Positions 27,234 to 36,700 of a stretch of DNA of 60,985 nt are shown piece after piece. The stretch's first letter is position 1; each line of letters begins with the position of its first letter. Below the pieces are notes generated by a model. It had not been told where the DNA came from. It searched no databases and saw only the letters and a list, made by a program, of their open reading frames with translations. The position numbers and the translations under genes are program-made. This DNA is from a virus (lineage: Duplodnaviria; Caudoviricetes), in the IMG/VR virus record IMGVR_UViG_3300048996_000173, positions 1-60,985 of that record; one strand, given 5' to 3'.

Positions 27234-29159
27234 TCAGTACCCCCACACTTCCGCGCCGTCGGCGTACTGGTCTTCCTCTTCCTCGGTGTTGAGGTAGACC
27301 TTCCGGAGCAGGCGGGCGCCGACCAGACACACGGCCAGGTCGATCTTGTGCTTGCTCTCCCGGTTCTCCTTCATCATCGAGACGCCCCACTTGTTCGAGG
27401 GGTTCGACCGGGCGTTGCGGAGGTGCTGCACGAGGGCGGGGTGGCCGTCGATCATGAACTTCGGCCCGAACTCCTCGAACTGGTTCAGCGCCTCGAAGTC
27501 CTCGACGGTCTGCATGGCCATCTGGACGAAGGCCTTCTGGTTGGTCGGGCTTGTCATGTCAAAGTTGATCGCGTGCGTGCCGAGACCGCCCTTGACCGGC
27601 CAGACCTTCTTGTCGAGCTTCCGGCCGTGGCGCTTCATCCAGTCGTCGATCGTGTCGTCCCAGTAGTTCGAGCCGTCGGAATCCTCGGTGGCGTGCGACG
27701 GGTCGGCCCAGAAGCCGACGACGTTGAAGCGCTCGAACATCTCGTCGACCCGGGAGGTTATGGCGCCGCGGGGCGCGAGCCACTTCTTCGCGCGCTCCTT
27801 CTGCGACGGCGGCTGCCAGACCCCGATGGTGAAGCAGTAGCCGTCCTCGATGCGACAGCCGACCAGCGCCGAGGCGTCGTCGGACTTCGAGCCGTCGAAG
27901 AAGGCCACGACGGGCTCGTGCGGCATGACGATCCAGCCGGCGTGGAGGTCATCGGAGCCCGGGATGCGCCGGGCGGTCGCGACCACCTTGTCGATGGCCG
28001 CTTCGACGGCGGCCGGGTCGACCCAAGAATCCTCGGAGGCGATGATCTGGTTGAAGTAGAACCGCCGCGACTCGCCGGCCGGGTTGTTCGTGTCCATGAT
28101 CTCGGCCAGGATCGTCTCCAGGTCGAGCCAGGTCGCATCGCCACGGACCGCCGAGACGACCGCGGCCAGGTAGGCCTTGACCTCGTCCTCGGTCGGATCC
28201 GGGGAGTCCTCGCGCAGCTTCTTCGGGCGAATGCGGGCGTCCGGCGGCGCCTCGATCGAGTCGTACAGGACGCGCGAGTTGTAGGCCAGGCCGGCCAGTT
28301 GCTCTTCGTAGGTCTCGCGGCGCTTCTGGGCGACCGAGTCCTCCGACGGATCGTAGGCGTTGGTGATGGCCAGGATCCGCGCGGCGCCACCCTTGCTCTT
28401 GGTCACGTTACGTGTGATGACCTTGAACATAGCGTGACCCTCGTTGTTGGCCCGCCAGTGATGGGTCTCGTTCATGATGACGAAGGTCGGCCGGCCGCCC
28501 TCGAGGCCGCGCGGCGAGCTGGTCACACACTGGATCCGGCGCTGTCCGCCGTACGCGTAGATGATCTCCTTGCCGATGTCGAGACCGAACTTCTCCTTCA
28601 TGTGCTCGGCGCTGAGCATGCCGGGGAAGAGGGCCGACGTGTTGACCGTCTGGTCCTTGTTCACCGCGGCGATCTGGATCCAGGCCCGCGGGTTGTCGAT
28701 GCCGACCGGGTCGCCGTACAGCACGCCGATGTCGGGCATGTCCTCGACTGCCCAGCCGCCGAATCGGCACGGGCCGAGGAGCTCGACGATGGCGAGCACG
28801 GCGACGATCGGATCCTTGCCCCAGCCCTTGAGGCGCTGTAGGACGCCCTGGCGATAGCTGAACCGCCCGTTCTCGTCGATCGCGTACCACCACAGAATGA
28901 AGCGCGACTGCTCGCCGGTGGGAATGAAGGGCAGGCGGTTGCCCTCGATGTCGACGTCGTCGCCGAGTACGTTCTCGCCGATCCACTTCAGGATCTGCCA
29001 GCCCAGGGTGAACTCCGGCAGGATGTAGCGGAGCCCCTCGTTGTCGCCATCCCAGGCGGGATCCTCCTGCCAGGTCGGGCCGAGGTGCTTCGGTACGACG
29101 TTCCAAGCCTGATCCTCGGCGACCCAGTAGACGCCGGGCTCGAGGACTGCGGTACTCAT
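27234..29159 (-). CDS. terL: Terminase large subunit
   Basis: RLKGWGKDP Walker A, MNETHHW Walker B, ITNA, FDGSKSDD and KIDLAV. Confidence 0.93.
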   Translation of the reverse strand: MSTAVLEPGVYWVAEDQAWNVVPKHLGPTWQEDPAWDGDNEGLRYILPEFTLGWQILKWIGENVLGDDVDIEGNRLPFIPTGEQSRFILWWYAIDENGRFSYRQGVLQRLKGWGKDPIVAVLAIVELLGPCRFGGWAVEDMPDIGVLYGDPVGIDNPRAWIQIAAVNKDQTVNTSALFPGMLSAEHMKEKFGLDIGKEIIYAYGGQRRIQCVTSSPRGLEGGRPTFVIMNETHHWRANNEGHAMFKVITRNVTKSKGGAARILAITNAYDPSEDSVAQKRRETYEEQLAGLAYNSRVLYDSIEAPPDARIRPKKLREDSPDPTEDEVKAYLAAVVSAVRGDATWLDLETILAEIMDTNNPAGESRRFYFNQIIASEDSWVDPAAVEAAIDKVVATARRIPGSDDLHAGWIVMPHEPVVAFFDGSKSDDASALVGCRIEDGYCFTIGVWQPPSQKERAKKWLAPRGAITSRVDEMFERFNVVGFWADPSHATEDSDGSNYWDDTIDDWMKRHGRKLDKKVWPVKGGLGTHAINFDMTSPTNQKAFVQMAMQTVEDFEALNQFEEFGPKFMIDGHPALVQHLRNARSNPSNKWGVSMMKENRESKHKIDLAVCLVGARLLRKVYLNTEEEEDQYADGAEVWGY

Positions 29160-29581
29160 TGCGGCCGCTTGAAGGTCCACCAGCCGTCGTAGCCGGCCGG
29201 AGCTTCGGGGAAGCCCTTGAGCATCGCATCCAGAAAGGCCTGGTCCTCGACCATGGCCGCCCAGGTGGTCTCGGGCGCCCAGAGGCATTCACCATCCCAG
29301 CGCGACCGGCAGTTGCCGCCGTATCGGCCGTCCCACATGTTCTCGAGCCACGACGTGACGTCGGCCGGCGGCTCTCGGGAGGTGTCCCACAGGCTGCCGT
29401 AGTGTGCAGTCAGCGCGCCGTCCTTGCGACGGAACCAGACTGCCTCGGCGCCGATGTTGTAGTGCGGAGTCTCCGAAACTCGCCCGCCGGAATATGTGGA
29501 GTACTGCTCGGTAACCTTGAAGGTATCGAGCGCGACGGCGTACGGCGCCTTGCTGATCTGGAACTTGTCGAGCCGCTGCAC
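29156..29581 (-). CDS. Hypothetical Trp-rich protein
   Basis: GGAGG RBS before the GTG, with an ATGA overlap with terL. Confidence 0.6.
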   Translation of the reverse strand: MQRLDKFQISKAPYAVALDTFKVTEQYSTYSGGRVSETPHYNIGAEAVWFRRKDGALTAHYGSLWDTSREPPADVTSWLENMWDGRYGGNCRSRWDGECLWAPETTWAAMVEDQAFLDAMLKGFPEAPAGYDGWWTFKRPQ

Positions 29582-29583
29582 TG

Positions 29584-29682
29584 CTACCTCCGCTTGATGT
29601 AGAAGACCCAGATCAGCCAAAGGCCGACCCCGAACACGATCAGGAAGTAGACCGCCGGCGCGGCGACCTGCCACCAGTACAT
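29584..29682 (-). CDS. 32-aa single-TM peptide, not in the ORF track
   Basis: MYWWQVAAPAVYFLIVFGVGLWLIWVFYIKRR, with a TGATG overlap with the small terminase gene. Confidence 0.6.
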   Translation of the reverse strand: MYWWQVAAPAVYFLIVFGVGLWLIWVFYIKRR

Positions 29683-30272
29683 CAGCTCGCCTTGCCGCCG
29701 TTGAGCAGCTCGAGCCGGTTCATCGTCACCCGCTGGCGAGCCGTCTGCGACTCCTCGCCGTGGCGCTTGTGCGACTTCCGCTCGACGACGATCTGCAGGC
29801 GGCGGCGGTCGGCCTCAGTCGCGACCAGGGAGTTCAGGCCCTTGATCAGCGCGTTCAGCTTGGCGCCGGGCATCGGCTGCTCCATCTCGACCAGGATCGA
29901 CTCGCCCATCCCGTTCACGCCGACCTGGACCTGCCGCGGCTTGAGCTCGCGCGAGTAGTCCTCGCAGAGCAGCTGCAGGAACTGCCAGTCCGACGGCTCG
30001 TACAGGCGGGCCGGCACCGACTTGGCGATCCCCTCATAGAGGTCGATCGCCTTCTGGTGCCACTCGACGTCGGCCGGCGGCACCGGCACGAGGTCGGACA
30101 GGTCCTCCAGGACACCATCTTCCTCGGCGCCCTCTTCGTCATCGAGCTCGAGGTCCTCGTCGGTCAGCGGCTCGAGCACGGTCGGATCCCCGACGGCGCG
30201 CTTGTTGCGCCGGCGGGCAGTCGGGGATGGCGGCGGGCCGGAGTGACCCGGCGAGCCTGGCGTGCGGGGCAT
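29682..30272 (-). CDS. terS: Terminase small subunit
   Basis: GPPP...RRRN, WH...YEPSDW and TEADRRRLQI actinophage pattern. Confidence 0.8.
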   Translation of the reverse strand: MPRTPGSPGHSGPPPSPTARRRNKRAVGDPTVLEPLTDEDLELDDEEGAEEDGVLEDLSDLVPVPPADVEWHQKAIDLYEGIAKSVPARLYEPSDWQFLQLLCEDYSRELKPRQVQVGVNGMGESILVEMEQPMPGAKLNALIKGLNSLVATEADRRRLQIVVERKSHKRHGEESQTARQRVTMNRLELLNGGKAS

Positions 30273-31090
30273 CAGAAGTCCAGGTCTTCGGTACCCTCGG
30301 TGAGCCGGGGGTCACTCGGGTCGCGCAGCCGCAGGGCAGAGGTCGCCTCGGACAGCTCCTTGGCGTTGTCGTACGACGGGTCAGCCTCGTGAGCCGCGAA
30401 GGCGTTGTCGTACGCGATCTGCTGGTTGTTCCGGCGGGCGCGGCGGACGGGAGCGGCGGACTTCGGCTCGAGCTTCGACTGCTCGTTCGCCTTGTCGACG
30501 GCGTCCTTCTGCTCCTCGGTGAGGGTCGGCGTCAGGAGCTCGACCTCCTCCTCAGAGGCGCCGGCGGCGCGGAGTTGGTCCGGCGTCAGGGTCAGCTCGG
30601 GCAGGCCGGTGTCGTTCGTGATCTCGGTCAGGCCGGACGGCAGGCCCTGATTGGCCGCCTCGGTCTCCGGGCGCACCCAGGCAGCCATTCCGAGGTCGCG
30701 CAGAGTGTCGGCCGGGTCCTCGTTGGCGTGGAAGATGATCTCGGCCTTGTCGTCCTCGGGGGCGACCGGGCGCTCCACCTCGACGAAGTCGGCCGGATCG
30801 AACGAGGTGTCGACAGGTTCGTCGGACGTGTCAGCGTCCTGGCCGGGCTTCTCGATCTCGAACTTACCGCGGCGGGTCAGGCTCTTCAGGCGGTCGGTGA
30901 TGGCGAAGGTGCCGCGCTTCTTCGCGAAGCCCGGGAGCTCCACGATGCGGTCGTCACCCTTCCGGTTGTGGTAGGGGAGCACGCTCGCGCTGTGCACGTA
31001 CACGATGTCCCGCAGGTTCAGCTCCTGCTCGGTCGCCCACTGAGCGGCCTCACGCTGGTTGAACGCGAGCACGTAGATCTTCGGCTTCAC
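30272..31090 (-). CDS. Hypothetical protein
   Basis: GGAGG RBS and strong codon bias. Confidence 0.7.
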   Translation of the reverse strand: MKPKIYVLAFNQREAAQWATEQELNLRDIVYVHSASVLPYHNRKGDDRIVELPGFAKKRGTFAITDRLKSLTRRGKFEIEKPGQDADTSDEPVDTSFDPADFVEVERPVAPEDDKAEIIFHANEDPADTLRDLGMAAWVRPETEAANQGLPSGLTEITNDTGLPELTLTPDQLRAAGASEEEVELLTPTLTEEQKDAVDKANEQSKLEPKSAAPVRRARRNNQQIAYDNAFAAHEADPSYDNAKELSEATSALRLRDPSDPRLTEGTEDLDF

Positions 31091-31151
31091 CACGACCTCC
31101 TGGGGTCTGTTCGGGCGCCACCTTCGGCGTCTCAGACCCCAGGGTATCAGC

Positions 31152-31349
31152 TCACTGCTCGACGATGAAGACCTGGTCAACGAGCTCGCCCTTGTCGAGA
31201 AGGATGCGCCGGCGGCCCAGGTAACGATAGGTGAGGACCTTGCGGTTGACGTACGTCCGGACGGTCTCGCCGGGCAGGAGCATCTCATCCGGTAGCCCGA
31301 ACTCGAGCTCCTGGCCGTCGGCCGGGCCGCCCTGGAAAAGGATCTTCAC
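31152..31349 (-). CDS. Small hypothetical protein (GGPADG motif)
   Basis: GTGA overlap with the helicase stop. Confidence 0.6.
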   Translation of the reverse strand: MKILFQGGPADGQELEFGLPDEMLLPGETVRTYVNRKVLTYRYLGRRRILLDKGELVDQVFIVEQ

Positions 31350-32926
31350 GCGATCACGTCCTGGCGCTTGAACTCGCGGAGGTGGCGGCACATCAGCGAG
31401 TTGTCCTGCAGTACGGCGGCCGCGCGCGAGTCGGCGATGAACAGCCGGCCCTGGTCGTCGACGGTGCGGATGAGCCGGCCGGCGGCCTGTGTAATCCGGG
31501 TCAGCATCTGGTCCTTGTATCGCGGGTAGTAGCGCTTCATCAGCGCCTCGCTGACCGGGTCCTTCCCGGGGTACGGCAGCTTGAAGATCACTGTGAGGCG
31601 CAGCGCCTCGCCTGGAGCGTCGAAGCCGGTCGCGAAGGATTCGCTCCCGAACAGTACGGCGTTCCCGTCAGCCTTGAACTGCTCGCCGAGCAGCTTGTTG
31701 TCGACCGTCCCATCCTGGCGGAGCACGGTCAGGCCAGCGGACTTCAGTGCCGGCGCGATCTGGTCGTAGACCCGCTCGAGGTCCTTGAAGCTGGAGAAGA
31801 GCAGGAGCGCGCCGCCCCTGGCTGCAAGCACCTCGGTGAGGATCTCGTCCGCGCGGGTCGCGATGTTGTTCGGGTGGCTGGCGTACTTGAAGGCGCCGTT
31901 CACCTGGCTCACGCCGACCGATGCCTGCTTGGCGTAGTCGAACGGGTGGCCGACGTCAATCACTCGAGCATCCTCCACGCCGAGCGAGCCGGCCATGGAC
32001 GAGGGGACGGTGGCGCTGACCAGTCCGAACGGGCGAGCGCGCAGGAGCTCGCGCGCCGTCGTACTGACGTCGATCCAGCTGAGCTTGAGCGACTCGCCGT
32101 CGGTCCAGATCAGGGCCTTGTCGGTCGGCGCGGCCAGGCGCGACTCGATCTTGATCAGCGACTCCTTCGTCTGCTGCTGGCGAACCGAGAGTGTGACCTC
32201 CTCCTCGAAGTCGGCGAGCACGCCCTTGATCAGACTCGGCAGCTGCGGCTGGTCGGCGACGACGACCGGCTCGCGGAAGTGGGCGATCCAGCTGGCGAGC
32301 TGGCGGCCGGCGGGTCCCTGCCTGGTCAGGTTGTCGGCGTTGACCGAGCGGTCCGCCCAGCTGCGCAACTTCGGCTCGAGCTGGTGCGCCTCATCGACGA
32401 GCAGCGGGCCCTCGCGGTCGAAGATCGGCTCCTGGAGCAGGCGGTCGTTCACGATCAGCATGTCGCTGTTCGTGACCACGATGTCGGCTGCGCTCGCCCG
32501 GAGCTTGGCCTCCTGGTACTCGCAGAGGTAACCGTTCTCCTGCCACTGCTGGAGGGTGCAGTTCGCGTCGGAGGCCATGCAGCCGGCATCGGGGTCGAAC
32601 TCGGCCGAGCGGGCGCAGGAGTACCAGCGCTTCCCGCGGAGCTCGGCGACCTCCATGCCGAAGCACTCGGCCGCGGCCGGCGCGTCGGAGGCCATGTACT
32701 GGTCCATCAGCACGCGCGTCGGGGTGACGACCAGCGACTGGACGTCATGGAGCTGGCGGAGGTGGGCCGCGGCCGCCAGGATGGCGATCGACTTGCCGAC
32801 GCCGGTGCCGGCCTGGGCGATGACGCCCGTGTTGTCGAGGGTGATCAGGTGCTCGTAGAGCGCCACCTGCTGCGATCGTGGCGCATAGCCGATGTGGTCG
32901 AGTAGGGTGGTGAGTTCCGAAGTCAT
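31346..32926 (-). CDS. DinG/YoaA-family SF2 helicase
   Basis: Motifs AGTGVGKS, a four-Cys Fe-S region, DEAH, SAT, KLPYP and QAAGRLIR. Confidence 0.9.
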   Translation of the reverse strand: MTSELTTLLDHIGYAPRSQQVALYEHLITLDNTGVIAQAGTGVGKSIAILAAAAHLRQLHDVQSLVVTPTRVLMDQYMASDAPAAAECFGMEVAELRGKRWYSCARSAEFDPDAGCMASDANCTLQQWQENGYLCEYQEAKLRASAADIVVTNSDMLIVNDRLLQEPIFDREGPLLVDEAHQLEPKLRSWADRSVNADNLTRQGPAGRQLASWIAHFREPVVVADQPQLPSLIKGVLADFEEEVTLSVRQQQTKESLIKIESRLAAPTDKALIWTDGESLKLSWIDVSTTARELLRARPFGLVSATVPSSMAGSLGVEDARVIDVGHPFDYAKQASVGVSQVNGAFKYASHPNNIATRADEILTEVLAARGGALLLFSSFKDLERVYDQIAPALKSAGLTVLRQDGTVDNKLLGEQFKADGNAVLFGSESFATGFDAPGEALRLTVIFKLPYPGKDPVSEALMKRYYPRYKDQMLTRITQAAGRLIRTVDDQGRLFIADSRAAAVLQDNSLMCRHLREFKRQDVIA

Positions 32927-32983
32927 GCCAAGAGCATAAGCCGACTTGCGGAAAATTGCAAACTCTGTGATAGAGTGATTCTC
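32927..32983. promoter_or_regulatory. Divergent back-to-back promoters
   Basis: AT-rich 57-bp gap with TATGCT 6 nt before the helicase ATG and TAGAGT 7 nt before the HTH ATG. Confidence 0.65.
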
Positions 32984-33328
32984 ATGACTGACGAACTCCT
33001 CGGCCTGGCCGAGCTCGCGGAGCTGTACGGCGTCACCAAGGCCACCGCGAGCAACTGGTCCCGCCGGCACACTTTCCCTCAACCCCACCAGCACCTGAAG
33101 ATGGGTCCCGTCTGGCTGAAGTCGGACGTGGTCGCCTGGCGCACGCCGGCGACACAGCAGAAGTGGGTCCTGACCTGCGGATCGTGTGCGAGCCCGAGTA
33201 TCTTCCTGGTCGGGATCGGCTTCGGAGCCATCACCTACGACTGCCACGCCTGCGAAGCGCAGACAACCCTAGCCGCCACTCAAGGGGAGCCCCTTGGAGT
33301 GACGCTGATCGTGAAGGAGTCCAAGTGA
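32984..33328 (+). CDS. HTH DNA-binding protein (AlpA/Xis-like) with Zn ribbon
   Basis: LLGLAELAELYGVTKATASNW...FPQP...GPVW, plus two CxxC motifs. Confidence 0.75.
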   Translation: MTDELLGLAELAELYGVTKATASNWSRRHTFPQPHQHLKMGPVWLKSDVVAWRTPATQQKWVLTCGSCASPSIFLVGIGFGAITYDCHACEAQTTLAATQGEPLGVTLIVKESK

Positions 33329-35832
33329 CCGAGCCGTCATTCCTGGAGGCCCGCGGCCTGGGGAAGGTCGTCGCTCCGCACGGCGGGCCGGCGTCCGCTG
33401 CCCGCCTGGTCGAGAAGTACGGCTGCCACGTCCATCCGCTCCGGCTCGGCACGAAGGCGCCGGCCACCGAACACGGAACCTCCGACGCCGTACTGAGCGC
33501 CGCGGCGATCACCGGTAACTACGGTGTCAACGCTGCGAAGTCGCAGATCGTCGCCGTTGACCTCGACGACTACGTGCCCGACAACCTCTGCGACGAGTTC
33601 CTCGCGGAGTTCGAACTGCCGCCGACCTTCACGGTCCGGACTGGCTCGGGCGGCCGCAGCCTCTGGTACCGGGCGCCCGGGGATGTCACCCTGCGCCAGA
33701 AGCTCGGCATGTGGACCGGCGTCGACATCAAGGCCGGCAACTCTTACGTGCTCGGCCCTGGGAACAAGCTGGCCGGCAGTGAGCTGAAGCCCGGCGCGAC
33801 CGGCGACGGCACCTACTCCTTCGACAAGGACTCACCGAAGGAGTTCGCTCCGCTCCCGCAGAAGCTCGTCGACGCGCTGACGGTCAAGCCGGCCACGGTC
33901 TCCGTGCAGTCCACCGGCGAGTCCGCGGAGTACGCCGAGCTCAGCGACAGCCTGAAGGAGCGCGCGGACCAGTACGCGCGAGACTCGATCGCCCGAGAGC
34001 TCGAAACTGTTCGCGCGCTCGGGGAACTGGGCGACAATGAGCGGAATTCCGACGACGACGGCTGGGAGAGCGGAACCTGGCATGCCGCCGGCGCGATCGC
34101 TTCGCTGGTCAAGGCCAGCTGGAACGCCATGTCGTACGACGACGTCATCGAGCAGTGGCGCGAGGCAGTGCCGGGCGACGGATCGAAGTGGCACTCGCAC
34201 GGCGTCGGCATGCTGCCGCGGACGATGGTCAACGACGACTTCCCGGCGCGCGTCTGGCCAAAGTCGATCGAGGAGGAGCTCGACTGGTGGGTGGAAGGTA
34301 CCTACCGCCAGGTGGGTTTTCGCGAGGCCGGTGGTAGCGACGAGGCGCCGCCGGCCGAGCCCGTAGTCGTCGAGGAGGACCCGAACGACTGGCCGAAGGA
34401 AGCCTGGAACGAAGAGGGCCACGTCCAGCGCGGGGCTCGCTGGAGCGCCGGAGCCCTCCGCTGGCTGAAGGACGAGGAGACCTGGGTCACGTACGACCAG
34501 ATCCGCTGGGTCCGCGACAAGACCGCGGGCGCCTACGCCGTCCAGCAGGGGATGAAGGTCGCCCGCTGGACGGAGCTCAAGAACTACGACGCGACGCCCC
34601 AGGTCGACGAGAAGACCGGCCAGGCGAAGCCGAACAGCTCCGAGCAGGACAAGTTCGTCAAAGCCCTCTCGGATCAGTCGACCAGCATGATGTTCGACCG
34701 GGCCTCCCGCGCGCTGGCGCTGTCCGGCGAGCTGACCGCCCTGTCGACGGACTTCGACCGCGACCCGCTGGTCATCGGCGCGCTGAATGGCGTCGTCGAC
34801 CTCCGCACCGGTGAGCTCACCCCGCCGGCGCCGGAGCTGATGGTCAGTCATGTCGCGCCGGTCCGGTTCGACCCGGCCGCCACGGCGCCGCGATTCCTGC
34901 AGTACCTGGAGGAATCGCTACCGGATCCGGAGGTTCGGTCGTACCTGAAGCGCGTCATGGGCTACTCGATCACCGGGAGCGTCGCCGAGCAGGTGATGTT
35001 CATCCACCACGGAAAAACCAGTAACGGCAAGTCGGTCCTGTTCAAGGTGCTTTCGGCTGCGCTTGGTGAATACGCCGGCGGCGCCGACCCGAAGGCGCTG
35101 ATCGAGACCAGGAACGAGCAGCACAGTGCGCACATCGCATCACTCTACGGTCCGCGTTTTCTGACAATGAGCGAAACGGCGCGTGGTGCCCGGCTCAGCG
35201 ACGTTCTGATCAAGAACATCACTGGTGCCGACACCGTGACGGCGCGAAAGCTCTACAAGGAAAACGAAGACCTGGAAATCACCGGTAAAATCCACATGGC
35301 GACGAACCATCTTCCGCACATCGTCTCGTCGCCGTCGACAAATCGCCGAATCCAGCTCATTCACTGGCCGGTCGAAATCGCCGAGGAGAAAATCGACCTG
35401 CAGCTCGCGAGCAAGCTGATCGCAAACGAGCTCGAGGGCATCTTCACCTGGCTGGTCGAGGGGGCGGTCGAGTGGTGGACGACGCTCGCCGACGCTCAGG
35501 GGAAGCCCGTCCGCCGTGGAGGCCGGCCGTCCGGGCTGGCGATGCCTCACCAGGTGCTCGTCGACACCGCGAACTACCTCCGCGGCGAGGACGACATCCT
35601 GGAGTGGCTGGAGGAGCGCACGGAGACCTCCGACGCCATCGAGTCCACCGGCAACCTGTACCGCGACTACCGGACGTGGGCCGAGGCGCGCGGGGTGCGC
35701 AGTCCACTGACCCAGCGGGCCTTCACGACCGACCTGGAGACCTCCGGCGAGCTCGAGCGCGGCCGGACGAACGACAGGAAGGGTTTCAAGGTAGCTCTGA
35801 AGCCACTGCAGAAGACTTGGTTCCAAGGTTAG
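33325..35832 (+). CDS. Bifunctional primase-polymerase with D5/P4-type SF3 helicase
   Basis: VDLD and TGSGG in the prim-pol domain, NGVVDLRTGEL, and GKTSNGKS Walker A. Confidence 0.9.
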   Translation: MTEPSFLEARGLGKVVAPHGGPASAARLVEKYGCHVHPLRLGTKAPATEHGTSDAVLSAAAITGNYGVNAAKSQIVAVDLDDYVPDNLCDEFLAEFELPPTFTVRTGSGGRSLWYRAPGDVTLRQKLGMWTGVDIKAGNSYVLGPGNKLAGSELKPGATGDGTYSFDKDSPKEFAPLPQKLVDALTVKPATVSVQSTGESAEYAELSDSLKERADQYARDSIARELETVRALGELGDNERNSDDDGWESGTWHAAGAIASLVKASWNAMSYDDVIEQWREAVPGDGSKWHSHGVGMLPRTMVNDDFPARVWPKSIEEELDWWVEGTYRQVGFREAGGSDEAPPAEPVVVEEDPNDWPKEAWNEEGHVQRGARWSAGALRWLKDEETWVTYDQIRWVRDKTAGAYAVQQGMKVARWTELKNYDATPQVDEKTGQAKPNSSEQDKFVKALSDQSTSMMFDRASRALALSGELTALSTDFDRDPLVIGALNGVVDLRTGELTPPAPELMVSHVAPVRFDPAATAPRFLQYLEESLPDPEVRSYLKRVMGYSITGSVAEQVMFIHHGKTSNGKSVLFKVLSAALGEYAGGADPKALIETRNEQHSAHIASLYGPRFLTMSETARGARLSDVLIKNITGADTVTARKLYKENEDLEITGKIHMATNHLPHIVSSPSTNRRIQLIHWPVEIAEEKIDLQLASKLIANELEGIFTWLVEGAVEWWTTLADAQGKPVRRGGRPSGLAMPHQVLVDTANYLRGEDDILEWLEERTETSDAIESTGNLYRDYRTWAEARGVRSPLTQRAFTTDLETSGELERGRTNDRKGFKVALKPLQKTWFQG

Positions 35833-35854
35833 GCTCCCCTTCCCCACTTCCCCT

Positions 35855-35892
35855 AAAACGAGGTCCCGGCCACAACGGCGGGGCCTCGTTTT
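35855..35892 (+). terminator. Terminator after the primase gene
   Basis: AAAACGAGGTCCCG...CGGGGCCTCGTTTT. Confidence 0.7.
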
Positions 35893-35908
35893 GTCGTTTT
35901 AGGGCGGC

Positions 35909-36220
35909 GTGACTCTCGAGTGACCCTCGAGTGACCCAACTTCGGCACTTGGGTCACCGCTCTGACCTGCGGTTTTAGCCAATAGTGACCCAAGTGACCC
36001 AAATCGAAGGTCAGCTTCCTCTATGGAGCATCTAGAGCTCTTCTAGAGACTCTTCCAGACTCCCCTAAGGGGACTTTTGAATATTTGGGTCACTTGGGTC
36101 ACTAGGCATAATTCAGTAGTAGAAATAAGGGTCTGACCTGGGCTTACTTCGGAGAGTTACAGTGACCCACCCTTCGTGTTGGGTCACTTTGAGCGTGAAG
36201 TTGGGTCACTCGAGAGTCAC
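35909..36220. repeat. Nested palindromic GTGACCC array, probable replication origin
   Basis: Ten GTGACCC/GGGTCAC copies arranged around a more AT-rich core, next to the primase-helicase gene. Confidence 0.7.
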
Positions 36221-36408
36221 CTGGTTGAAAACCGAAGCAAGTAAGGGGTCCGAGACATATGACCCGTACATAACTGGAGCTGCTATGCAGACCGGTCACG
36301 CGTGCGCGCGTAGCAGGGGACCCCCTCCCCCGTCAAGGGGTAAGAGGCAGGAAGTTTGGCACATCGGTGTCATAGGTAGGTTGGCACCAATGTGCCACAG
36401 GTAGGGGG

Positions 36409-36700
36409 TTGACAGGGGTGAGCATGGTGGTGTAGTACGCATGCGTGCAGCACAGGTCATAGAGTGCACTACACACAGTGAGCACCATGTACACAAAGTA
36501 GTTGTCCATATAGTGAGATAGGCTATTGACAGGTGGGGGAATCTCAGGCAGAGTTGTCCTCATCACCACACAGCAGCACCGCAGGGCAGGCAGGGAGCAC
36601 CGCTACTACCCCACTAGGGGAAGGGGCTCACACCATGGCCCAGCAGCAGGAAACAGGGGGTTGACAGAACCCCCGCAGTATGGCAATGTTCTCCACAGCA
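36409..36700 (+). promoter_or_regulatory. Tandem SigA-type early promoters
   Basis: TTGACA at 36409, 36526 and 36661 with -10-like hexamers at about 17 bp spacing. Confidence 0.65.

Noticed and set aside
31346-32926. DinG as part of a type IV CRISPR system
   Set aside because: No csf/cas7/cas5 genes or array. The Cas4-like nuclease is a common stand-alone phage exonuclease.
32984-33328. Repressor/excisionase implying a temperate lifestyle
   Set aside because: No integrase, ParA or attP was recognised anywhere in an apparently complete genome.
35909-36220. Possible CRISPR array
   Set aside because: The repeats are 7-22 bp, occur in both orientations with irregular spacing, and there are no cas genes.
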